From Mobula birostris (taxonomy: Eukaryota): a stretch of 64,000 nucleotides of DNA. The stretch covers positions 7,722,984-7,786,983 of the forward strand of contig NC_092401.1 in the NCBI RefSeq assembly GCF_030028105.1, read 5' to 3'. A program made the position numbers and the translations under genes. Shown one piece after another: positions 48,381-59,914 of the stretch; position 1 is the first letter of the stretch; each line of letters begins with the position of its first letter. The notes under the pieces were generated by a model that saw only the letters and a program-made list of their open reading frames with translations, did not search any database and was not told the DNA's origin.

Positions 48381-48854
48381 CTCTCTCTCTCTCTGACTAT
48401 CCATCCCATAGGATGATGATGGTTCCTTTCAGTCAGTTGGTGGGGTGGTATCCCACTCCTCAGAAAGGAACAGCGTGTGTGTGAGTGGATTTTAGGTGAG
48501 TAGGGGGTTGCACAGGTCCAGACCCACACTTTTGACATCCCCTCACGGATCCAGCGGCGTGGTGGGGTTCAAGATGGCTGGGGGAAGTTCTGTTGCAGTG
48601 AATAGCCAGACAAAGCTTCGATGCAAGGGATGCCCTTTCTGCGCTTCACAGCTCGTGTTTGCTAGATGGTCGTTGACCCTACGAGAAGGTTCATCCGCCC
48701 TTTGACAGGTCTTGTTTTTCATCCTGCAGGGTGTCTAGCCACCCTCCTCATCAGGCAAGCCTGGTGGGCGAGCCGGTTTAGTCGTCGACCACCCGACCAT
48801 GTGACAGGTAGTACTGGGTTACATGGTACCAGTAGCACTCAGATGAGTGACCTG
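48381..48854 (-). mobile_element. Short non-autonomous non-LTR element with (AG)n tail
   Basis: 9-bp TSD accaacgac (48372-80) / accaatgac (48855-63). Confidence 0.75.
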
Positions 48855-50240
48855 ACCAATGACATAGGGAGAAAAAGGGAGGAGGTCCTGAAAACAGAAT
48901 ACAGGGAGCTAGGAAGGAAGCTGATAGAGGAGGTATTTAATGAATACTTTGCTTCAGTATTCACCTGCATAAAAGACCTATGCAATTATGGGGATGACTT
49001 ACAGCGGACTAAAATATTTGAGCATATAGACATTAAAAGAGAGGATGTACAGGAGCTTTTGAAAAAGCATTGTTAGATAAGTCACCGGGACCGGATGAGA
49101 TATATCTCAGGCTACTGTGGGAAGCAAGGGAGGAGATTGCTGAGCCTCTGGCGATGATCTTTGCATCATCAATAGAGATGGGAGAATTACCAGAGGACTG
49201 GTGGGTTGCAAATGTTGTTCCCTTTTTCAAGAAAGGGAGCAGAAATAAGCCAGGAAATTATAGACCAGTGAATGTTACTTCAGAGGTGGGCAAGTTGTTG
49301 GAGAATATCCCGAGAGGCAGGAATTATGAGCATTTAGAGAGATATAATCTGATTAGGGATAGTCAGCATAGCTTTGTCAAGGACAGCTCATGCCTTATGA
49401 GGCTGATTAAATTCTTTGAGGATGTAACAAAAGACATTGATGCAGGAAGAGCAGTGAATGTGGTGTATATGGATTTCAGTAAGGCATTTAATAAGGTTCC
49501 CCAGGTGAGGCTCATTCACAAAGTGTGGAGGCATGGGATCCAAGGGGACCTTGCTTTGTGGATCCAGAATTGGCTTGCCCACAGAAGGCAAAGGGTGGTT
49601 GTAGATAGTTTGTATTCTGCATGGTGGTCGGGGAGCAGTATTGTTCCGCAGGGATCTGTTCTGGGACCCCTGCTCTTTGTGATTTTTATAAATAACCTGG
49701 ATGAAGAAGTAGAAGGGTGGGTTAGCAAGTTTGCTGATGACACAAAAGTTGGGGGTGTTGTGGATAGTCTAGTGGGTTGTCAGAGGTTACAGCGGGACAT
49801 CGAAAGGATGCAGAACTGGGCTGAGAAATGGCAGATGGAGGTCAACCCAGGTAAATGTGAAGTGGTTCATTTTTGTAAGTCAACTATGATAGCAGAATAT
49901 AGTATTAATGGTGCCTCTTGGTAGTGTAGAGGATCAGAGAGATCTCGGGGTCGTGCCCATAGGATACCCAAAGCTGATGTGCAGGTTGACAGTGTTGTTA
50001 AGAAGACGTATGGTGTGTTGGCATTCATCAGCCATGAGACTGAGTTCAAGAGCCGTGAGGTAATGTTACAGCTGTATAAGACCATGGGCAGACCCCATTT
50101 GGAGTTCTGTGTTCAGTTCAGGTCACCTCACTACAGGAAGGATTTGGATACTATAGAGAGAGTGCTGGGGAGATTTACAAGGATGTAATTTGGATTGGAG
50201 AGCATGCCTTATGAGAATAGATTGAGTGGAACTTGGTTTT

Positions 50241-51189
50241 AGTTATACGGTGGGTCGTTGATTGCGGATCCAAATGCAGCACACAGACAATGAAGTACTA
50301 GGTACAGGACAAGGTTTATCAAGGAGGCAAGGGGAGTCAGGAAGAAACGATGCTGGACATGGACACAGGCCCTAGAAAAGACAAGGACACTGGGCCTGAG
50401 CTAGGACTAAGACTAGGAAAGCGGGACCAGGACAAGTAACTCGGAACTAGGAGCCTGGGCTGGGACTCCGAGCCAGAGAATGGACAGGGACCTGGAACCT
50501 GGGTCTTCACTCGGGCTCGGACCTCGGATCTAGGCGAGGACAAGATGTGGCTATAGGACTGGACGTGGCTAGGTTACAGAACTGGACATGGAAATCTTGC
50601 ACAGGACGAGGCACATGAACAGGATGAGGTTCTTGGACGTGGCTTGGTCTAGGGACTCCTGGACTGGACGAGGGATCTCCAGCACAGGGTGAGGGATCTC
50701 CAGCACAGAGTGAGGGATCACTAGGGCTGGGTGAGGGTTCTCCAGGGCTGGTCGAGGTACTCCTGGGCTGAGCGTGGAACTCCAGGGCAGGACTTGGCTC
50801 TTGGATTAGGCTAGGCTCGGCTCTTGGACTCGGCTCGGTTAACCTCTTGGGTACAGAGCCAGGGCTCCTTCTTGGAGCGCAGAGCTGGGAGCCTCTTGAG
50901 ACACAGGGCCGGGACCCTTTCTAGGACGCAGGGCCGGGATGACTGCCGAGGATACTTGCCTTGGTAAACTGCCAAGGTAACTGTCGGGGATTTGGATGGG
51001 GAGGGGAAGGGATCTGTCCAGCGAAAGAGGCTGAATCCCGAAGCTATTTATGTAGCCAGCCTGAAACTAGAATCAGGTGCCTCAAGTAAGGAGCCCAGTG
51101 GAACCGGGGAAAACAGGGAAAACCCAGAATACAGATCGATGGACTGGACCGTGAATGGGAATGCACACTTCACTGACCGGACCATGACA
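50241..51189 (-). mobile_element. Solo LTR, same family as 6408-7607
   Basis: Both ends match the 6408 LTR in reverse complement; flanked by ggtttt on both sides; splits the CR1. Confidence 0.85.
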
Positions 51190-51580
51190 GGTTTTTTTTC
51201 TTCTTGGTGCGATGGACGATGGGAGATAACCTGGAAGAGGTGTACAGAATGATGAGAGGCATTGATCATGTCGATAGCCAGCGGCTTTTTCCCAGGTTTG
51301 AAATGTCTGACACAAGGGGGTATAGTTTTAAAGTGTTTGGAAGTAGGTACAGAGAGGACATCAGAGTTAAGTTATTCACACAGAGAGTGGTGGGTGTGTG
51401 GAACGCACTGCCAGCAATGGTGGCGGAAGTGGATACATTAGCTTTTATAAGTGACTGTCAGATAGAGCTGAGAAAAATAGAGGGCCATGCTGTAGGGTAA
51501 TTCCAGGCAGTTTGTAGAGGAGGTTAGATGGTTGGCACAATATTGTGGGCTGAAGGGCCTGTAATGTGCCGTAGATTTCT

Positions 51581-54507
51581 TTTCAAATCTTTTTATTATT
51601 ATATTATTCAAAAATAACACGAGTACATCGAAGTAAGCAACACTTACAATGTCTCAAGAAAAAAAACATTATTTTAAAGATTGAAAAATTTTGGTGATAA
51701 TAAAGAAACCCTACTAAGCAGAAAAAGTTTGGGGGGAGGAACCCCATTAGGTGCACAACCCCAGAGCTATGCATCATACAAAAAGCTTCTAAAGATAAAC
51801 ATCAAACTGCCAGCAAGAAAAAAAATATACCAAAAATTTACAATTAGATCATGGAGGAAATCTATCAATGAACTCAAATGATAATGAGCAAATGAGCCTC
51901 ATCTTTTCTCAAAAAATAGAGGTTCAAAGGTTCGACTTCTAATATTCTCCAAACTAAGACATAGCATGACTTGAAAGAACCATTGTGATAAAGTGGGAGC
52001 TGATGTATCCTTCCACTTCAACAAAATGGCCCCCCTAGCTATCAATGTAACAAATACAATAACATGTTGGTCAGACACAGAGTTACCATGGATATTTTGA
52101 GGAATTATTCCAAAAAGCAGAGTTAATTTGTTAGGCTGTACATTAATTTTTAATGCTTTAGAAATTGTCGAAAGAACTGACTTCCAGAACTGTTCCAATA
52201 TAGAACAAGACCAAAACGTGTGTCAGTGTAGCTGTCACAGTTTTACATCTATCACAATAACTATCAACATTAGGAAATATTTTAGACAGTCTCTCATTCG
52301 TCAAATAGTAATGATGTACAATTTTAAATTGAATCAGCGAATGACTAGGGCAGATCAAAGAAGAGTTAACCAGCTTCAGAATCCACGTCCAGTCCTCCGT
52401 CATAAAAGTCAAATTGAGTTCCTTTTCCCAATCTTATTTAATCTTAAATAAAGGACAGTTATCGCATTGTAATAATAAATTAGAAATTCTTCCAATAGAA
52501 CCCTTCGTCGAAGGGTTCATACTCATAACAGATCAGCCTCCAATATGTAAGGAAAATTACTTAAACATTTTTGTAAGAAATGTCTAACTTGAAGGTATCG
52601 TAAAAAGTGTGAATATGAAAGAGAATATTTATCAACTAATTATTCGAAAGGCATTGATCTAGCTCCTTTAAATAAATCCAAAAAAGAATTAATACATTTA
52701 TTTTTCCGAAGTAAAAAAATTGGATCACGCAAAGGAGGTTTAAAAAAAGTAATTTCGATAAATTAAACTACAAAGTTTAAATTTTTTTAAGATTAAAAAA
52801 ATTGTGGATCTGGAGCCAAATTTGTAAAGAATGCTTAATCTCAGGGTATAGGTTTAAATTAGCAACTTCAGCTAATTGTATAGGTAAAGCAACTCCCAAT
52901 AACGAGGTTAAATAAAACTGTTTCACAGCTTTCAATTCCAGGTCTACCCAAATTGGCCGATCGTTCTTATCAACCCAATATAACCAAAAGGACATGTATC
53001 GTCTACCAAGGGAATGAAATTGGCTTTATAAAGATCCTTATTTTTTTTGTGATTATAACACCCAAATATCTAAAAGAATCCGTGAATTTGAAAGGAGTAT
53101 TATCATATATAGAAATCGATTCATTTGAAGGAAACAATTCACTTTTACTAAAATTTATTTTATATCCTGAAAAATGTCCAAATTCATTGAATAATTTTAG
53201 CAAGGCAGGAATAGAATTTTTTCTTTTTAATGATATAGGGGTGGGTCCAAATTAATTATATGGGATACATTTAAAGCATTTTTACGTGGTCAGATCATTT
53301 CTTATTCAGCTAAGCTTAATAAACAGACTAAAGTAGAATTAGATAAGATTTCAAAATAAATTAAAGACAGATAGTATTTATGCAATTTCCCCTGATATGG
53401 ATTTATTCCAGCAAAGGGTGGAACTTCAATGAGAATGTAACCTATTACTAACTCATCCCATTGAAGGCTATTTGCTTAAGTTAAAGAGCCAGTTTTATAT
53501 GTTTGGAGATAAAGATAACAAACTGCTCTCATCTCAATTAAAAACGGCTGGAGCCAAAAGGCAAATTTTGAAAATTCGGAGGAAAGGTGGTACCCTGGCT
53601 TGGGAATATGAAGAAATTAATAAGATTTTTCAAGATTTTTATACTGAACTTTATAAATCTCAATGTCCAGTAGATTCTTCTGAAATGAATGCTTTCTTAC
53701 GAAAGATTGCTATTCCTAAAATTTCTGTTAAGGATTAAAAAACTCTTGATGCCCAAATTACTGAAGCCGAAATTCATAAAGCTTATTTTTCAATGCAAAC
53801 AGTTAAGGCCCCTGGACTTGATGGCTATCCTGTAGAATTTTATTAAAAATTTGGAAAATTGCTTTCTCTGTATATGTTGGAAATGTTTAAGGATTCTTTT
53901 GTGAAAGGTGATTTACCTTTTACTTTCTATGAGGATTCTATTTCTGTAATTCTTAATAAAGATCCTACTGACTGTGCATCATATAGACCTATTTCATTAT
54001 TGAATGTCGATGCAAAGGTTCTGTCAAAGATAATGGCCAATTGGTTGGAGAATAGTTTGAGTAAAATTATTTTTAAAGATCAAACAGGCTTTATAAAGGG
54101 TCGCTATTCTTTTTCAAATGCTCGGAGACTATTGAAAATTATATATTCGTCCTCTTCTAAAACTCCACAGTGCGGCGTCCCTTTGGATGCTGTAAAAGCT
54201 TTCGATCGAGTCGAATGGAAATATTTATTTAATGTTTTAGGGAAATATGTTTTGGTGTTAATTTTAATAACTGGATTGGAATGATACAGTATATAAAGCT
54301 CCTATGGCTACTGTTGTCACTAACAACTGTAGGTCTCCTTTTTTTCAGCTTTCACGGGGGACAAGACAAGGTTGTCCATTAAGTCCTTTGTTACTTAATT
54401 TAATATTAGAACCCCTTGCTATTGCTCTTCGTGAAGCTAAAAATATTCATGGGATTTTTTTGTGAATGAGACCATTCATAAGATTTCTCTTTACGCTGAC
54501 GATTTAT
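51581..54507 (-). mobile_element. L1-clade insertion with 5' inversion (3' part 51581-53240 on minus, inverted part 53246-54507 on plus)
   Basis: 16-bp TSD tgtgcYgtagatttct (51565-80, 54508-23); plus part ends at YADDLL, minus part starts just after it; AATAAA and A-rich tail. Confidence 0.9.
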
Positions 54508-55618
54508 TGTGCTGTAGATTTCTATGTTCTATTCCCCCTTCTCTAGCCCCTTATCTCTTCCCCAAATCAACTTCCCAACTCCTTACTTCACCCTTCCCCC
54601 TCTCCCGGTTTCACCTGTCAGCTGCCACCTTGTGCTTCTTCTGACGTCTCCCCTTCCTTCCCAGACCTGATGAAGGGTCTCAGCCTGAAAGGTTGACTGT
54701 TTAATCATTTATGTCGATGCATCCTGTCCTGTTGAGTTCCCCCAGCATTTTGTGCGTGTTGCCAGAGGCTCAGTGGTTGTTTAAACCAACCAACAGAATG
54801 CGAAAAAGGCGTGGTCGAAGTGACTTGGACCATAGAATGAGATGGTTTGAGTATCTCAGAAACTGCTGATCTCCTGAGAATGTTGCAAAAAGAATCAACA
54901 ACTAGGTGCGCAGCTGTTCTGTGGGTGAAAAAGATTTGTTCATGAGGTAAGAGGAGAATAACCAGTCTGGTTCATGCTGACTGAAGGCGACAGTAATTCG
55001 AATAACCACACATTACAACAGTGGTGTGCAGAAAAGACAACATGTCGAACCTTGAGATGGATAGGCTGCAACGCAGAGGAACGCGAGCATACACTCAGTT
55101 GCCAGGGAGGTAAGTGATAAAGTGGACAACAAACAAAAACTGGTCAAATTGTATCTGAGATCATTTGAATCTTGGCGACTGATCCACAGTTTTACGCTCG
55201 GACGGGGAGTCGGAATGAATCACCAAGAGACATGTGGTCTGTAACATAGCAGCCCGTGCCCAGTCTTCAATACTGAACATGGGAGTAGAGAGCAGTAACC
55301 GTGAAACAAAATGTGACGTTTCCCACATCATGGGCGTGTAAGATTCATTAAATGTGAAGCTGTTTTAAAGCGAATTGTGCCCATTATTCCCTATTTTTGT
55401 CTCCCTACCCATTCTGCAGTTGAAGTACAAATCAATCTGAAATTTCTCTTTTGTTCTGCCAAGCCAAAGACGACGAATAAAAACAGGAAATGAGTTACGG
55501 TCCGCAGAATAAAGCACACAACGCAAAAGTACACAGTTACTAAGTACAGTTACCATTTAATACTTGACCCCGCGTAAATACGTGTATATTGAATATCTTT
55601 AAAAGACACTGAACCTAC

Positions 55619-55685
55619 CTATTACGATAAAGAGTAAAGTGAAAACGAAAAATGATTCGCTCAGTGAAATCAGCCAGAAATCCAT
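55619..55685 (-). CDS. Exon 1 of copy B: signal peptide MDFWLISLSESFFVFTLLFIVI(D)
   Basis: ATG at 55685, 67 nt, donor AG|GTAGGT, phase 1 matches the D1 acceptor. Confidence 0.85.
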
Positions 55686-57009
55686 AGCTTTCGTAATCTC
55701 CGGCGGGTGTGTTTTACAAAACGTCAGAAAGCTCCCAAAGAGAAATCTGTTCCTCACGGCTAAGAGCGTCTCTGTGGTCTCAGTGAGTGCACGAAGCTCC
55801 AACGCTCCGGGGAAGTTCCAATGCTTCGAAGAATTTCGTTCAAGCGATAATAGACGGAAATGCCTGGAGCTGACTGTCTCACAGTCATCTGCAGATCTCC
55901 AGTTTACACTCGCGTTAACGCTCTAATCCAGGCAGGGAGCCAAAAGCTGGATTCTTTGTTAACTTTATTGAATTTTCTGATTGAGAAGACCAGCAAGTTT
56001 TGTCCATCCTTAACTTGCCTTGAGACCGTGGTGGTCAGGCAGCGCTTTGAGCTGTTGCAATCCTCTGTTGAAGATTGTCTGGCAGTCCTCTGCAGCAGGT
56101 TCTCACAGTGATGATGTACAATGGCAGTGGGCTCCCGTGTCAAGATGGTCTCTGACACGGGGGTGGGGAGAATCCAAAGGAGGTGATATTCCAACGTACC
56201 TACTTATAGAATTATACCACACCATTTGGCATGAAATACAGTTGTGTGACATCATTACTTCTGACCCTTGATTAACCCGACAAATATTGGTCAAACTGCA
56301 ATCCTCATTAATTCATATGCACCCAAAAAGTTGCATTCCTGAAAGATAGACCGGTAGATCACAGAAACAAGCTGCCTGGCCCATATTGTCTGCACCAGTC
56401 TTATCACCCGGGGTGAAGTCTCTGACTACCCACCCATCTCCTGTCTGATATACCAGAGAAAACAGTTCAACTTTATTTATTGACTTTTAATTCTTTTAGA
56501 GATACAGCATGAAACAGGCCCATCCAGATCAGTGAGCCACACCGCCCAGCAACCCACTTTAACACGACCCTGATCACGGGATAATTTTAAATGACCAATT
56601 AACCTACTAACTGGTACGTCATTGGAGCGTGTTAGAAATCTGGAGCATCTGGTGGAAACCAAGGCAGTCACAGCGAGACCAGATGGTGCTGGAATTGAAC
56701 TCCGAAGTCTGACACCTCAGGCTGTGATAGCATTGTGCTAACTGCTACACTTGTTGGTCCATTCTCTTCTTATACGTAATACACTCCAACCCGGGCATCA
56801 GCCTGGTGAAACTGGTCCTGCCCACTCCAAAGCCTCCACATCCTTCCTATAGGGTGGAAACCAGTTCTCCACACATTACTCCAAATGCGGCCAAACCAAA
56901 GTTGCACCAGCTGCCACGTGATTTCCCAATCTTTATACTCAATGCCCTAAACAATGGCAGCAACAGGAGAATCTCGGGGCGTTTTGCAGGTGTAATGGAA
57001 GCAAGATGG

Positions 57010-58010
57010 TAGGAGTCAAAACGTTATGTGCAATCATGGACAATGGAGGGCATTTCGTCACAAAGGCAGGAGAAAAGGGTGAGGTGCTCAATGAGAACTT
57101 TTCATTGGTGTTCACCAGAGAGAAGATCATAGATGATGGTAAGATTAAGGGGCAGTATGTTGATTTGGTAAAGAATGGACTCATTAGCGATAGTCAGCCA
57201 GGCTTTCTTGTAGGAAGGTTCACTCTCACAAGTTTGACTGGATTTATTGAGGGAGTAATGCAGATAATTTGTGATGGTTGGGCAATGGATATCATCTACA
57301 TGAACAGCAGTACAATATTTGACAAAGTATCCCATGGACTAGTGGTCCAGAACACAAGAGAATCTGCAGATGCTGGAAATACTGAGCAACACACTTTAGG
57401 TAGATGAACTCGGTAAGTCAGGTAGCATCTATGGTGGAGAAACAACAGTCAACATTTCAGGCCAAGACACTGACCTGTTGTATGGTCTCTATACTAAATA
57501 TAGTCTGTTTCAGAGGATTTAACTAGATGTACTCATTAAGTCTGCCAGCATCTATGGCGGATTTAGTGCAGAGACCCTACAACAGATGAGTTTCTTGGCC
57601 CGAGATGTTGACTATAATTTCCGCCATAGCTGCTACCTGATTTGCTGAGTTGGTCTAGCTAAAGCATGTTGCTCAAGATTTCTAGCATCCTCAGAGCCCT
57701 TTGTGTTCTGGACCATCCTACCATTAGGTAGCTTGTCAAGTTCTGTACTGATGTTCATGTAGAGAAATTATCTGTGTCAGTCCCTCCAAAATTCCAGTCA
57801 AGCTTGTGAAAGCGAACCTCCCCATAAGAAAGCCAGGCTGACTGTTGCAAATAAGTCCCCTTTACCAAATCAACATACTCCCCGCTAAATTTTACCATTC
57901 TCTATATCTACCAATAAAAAGTTCTCATTAAGAACCTCACCCACTTCCTCTGCCTTTGTGATCAAACGACCTCCATTGTCCATGATTGGACCTAGCCTTT
58001 TGATTCCTAT
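57010..58010. repeat. ~1-kb imperfect palindrome upstream of copy B
   Basis: 57010-57470 pairs with 57590-58010; spacer ~120 bp. Confidence 0.85.
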
Positions 58011-59914
58011 TTTCTTGCTCACAATGTACCTATAAAATGCCTTATAATTCTCTTTAATCCCACTTGGCAGGGACATTTCTTAGCCCTTTGTAATCCATCA
58101 AAATATCTAATTGAATTTCCTTCCTGCTTCCCTTGGGCATGGTGTCATTTCAGCTTCCTAAGCTGTACATAGGCTGCCTGTCAATTTTTCACTAAGCATA
58201 CAATAACTCTTGTCCTCACCAAGATTTCCCATGTTTTATTTGCACCTACACAAAGGCAATCAATTAGCCTTAAAACAAACTCATCTGTGGACAAGACCTT
58301 AATAAAATCCACAGTACTTCATGAGAACAGGAAAGATTCACATTAATTTTATATGGCAGCTATTTTTAATGCCAAAGTTAAGACAATACGCAATAGAGTA
58401 ACCAGCTTCTGCATTAAATATTTTCAACTTTTGTAAGTTCTTCAGAGACACTTTTCAAAGAGCACAGATGTCCCAAGAAATCTATAAGCTTGAGGACTGG
58501 AAGCAGCTTAGGAAGCAGGGATATTGACCAAGAAAAGATAAAAGAGGGAGTATTTAGAACAAGAATAAAAAAGAGAAAAAAACCCAGTCTGCATCAAATA
58601 ATCAACTAGTGGAAATCTGCAGGTCAGTCCAGCATAGGCTGTGGGAGAGAAGAAAATGTTGTTTCGAGTTTCCGCGGACCGAGAGTGGGAGAAGTGAGAT
58701 GGTCTCTCAGGAAGAACGATGAGGCAGGAGTCCAAGGTGCTTAGTGGGCTGAGGATGTGTACAATGATAGGCAGCTGTGCCAGGTCAAGGAGGAAAGTGA
58801 TAAGTGGAGCTAAGAAACAATGGCAGGTGTATTACACGGGGCAGAAAAAGAGAGGGGGAAATGAGAGGCAGATGGAGCAAGGTGGGAGGAGGGGAGTATG
58901 AGGTCTGGAGACAGCTACAACAGGTAGATAAGCAGGAACACAAAGGGACACCAGTGCTGGTACCTGGTTAGCATGAGTTTGAGAATGGTATCCATTAGTT
59001 GGGACGTGAATAGCAGATGGAGGACCAGATGGGGAGAGAGGGCGAGCGTATGGGCCAACTGTGTGTGGATGGAAAAAGGATAGTGAAGAGAATATAGATA
59101 GATCATGGGGGTTGATGGACTGGAGGTGGTGGCGAAGGTTGTTGCATTTGAGGGATAGGGGACAAACATGGGGAGAACAGAGGAGGATTGGAAGAAGGGG
59201 GCAGTATAGATCTAAAAGCTTGAACAAGACACGTTGGTTCATTTCAGTAATATTTTGCGAGCTGTTTTTAGAAGAATCAAGTTTGTGCTATTCCTGGCTT
59301 TCACCTCAGGAAGAGAGATGGAAAAGGAATATGTGGACTTTAAAGTAATTAACGTCACTAAGGAATGAATCCTGGAGAGAGTGAGGAGCCTAAAAACTGA
59401 CCAGTCCCTCTGCCCTGACAATCTTTATACAGAGAATTTCAAGATTTGGCTGCAGAGACAATTTTTACGATGTCCCAAAATCCCTGCAAATCTGGAACAG
59501 CCTCAGTAAACTGAAAGGTAGAACATGTAACATTGCAATTCAGTCAGAAATAGAGAGAATATATTGAACTAATCTGCAGTCAAACTGACATCAGTTTTTT
59601 GTTACTTGCTTGAATCCAGAATGTGTTGCAGTGCAAAGTAAATGAGGAATGTCTTTGATCCAAACTTCATTCCAGTCGTTCTGCAGGACAATTGTAATCT
59701 CAGTGGCGTTCATTGCAGTTTCAGTTCTCAGGTGATGCTCCAGTGTCTGTGGGAATCATTGTAACACAGGGGTTCAGACTGGACCCCCAAAGCAGAGCAT
59801 TCTCGGCACTGAGCAGGTACAGTGGGGCTACGTATTAACACTGTAGTCAGAAGCTATCCTCAATAAGAATACGATCTACAGCATCATTAGAATATCTGTC
59901 CACAATCAGCATGT

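Larger units (their letters stand above)
46586..54526 (+). mobile_element. CR1 LINE with 5'UTR, ORF1 (C..C.MW, SGNH-esterase remnant) and ORF2, hosting four later insertions
   Basis: MTARPVFCSGCQMW, CIELQLLRDQVRELE, VVVDTGTND, RT 49070-49924; tail resumes after the L1 TSD. Confidence 0.8.
45718..54760 (+). mobile_element. Penelope-like element split by nested insertions (45718-46585 and 54527-54760)
   Basis: PHQEGLKAL...FLQTQGIA...MGPSYAC RT, GIY-YIG remnant; ctatcagat resumes as attcccc; terminal hammerhead-like motif at ~54662-54697. Confidence 0.8.
45611..55125 (+). mobile_element. Tc1-like MITE split by nested insertions (45611-45717 and ~54762-55125)
   Basis: TA|ctctcagtggccactttatt start; sequence resumes at ag|gctcagtggttgtttaaacc after 9 kb. 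Confidence 0.65.
19752..55685 (-). pseudogene. ICAM/VCAM-family Ig adhesion molecule gene (signal + 4 Ig + TM + short tail), apparently disabled (copy B)
   Basis: Six exons with GT-AG sites and phase-1 junctions; ICAM-like D1 (CST..DNP, LE motif, CxxxC) and D2 (LRG...CLAELNL...LQTY); frameshift in D1, TGA before TM, two lost Cys. Confidence 0.85.

Noticed and set aside
48700-48760. CUGAUGA plus a stem in the short retroelement as a hammerhead
   Set aside because: GAAA does not follow stem II directly and no stem I/III could be formed
55686-55802. N-terminal extension of exon 1 shown in the ORF track
   Set aside because: Starts at TTG, and the frame is not conserved in A or C; the ATG at 55685 gives a normal signal peptide
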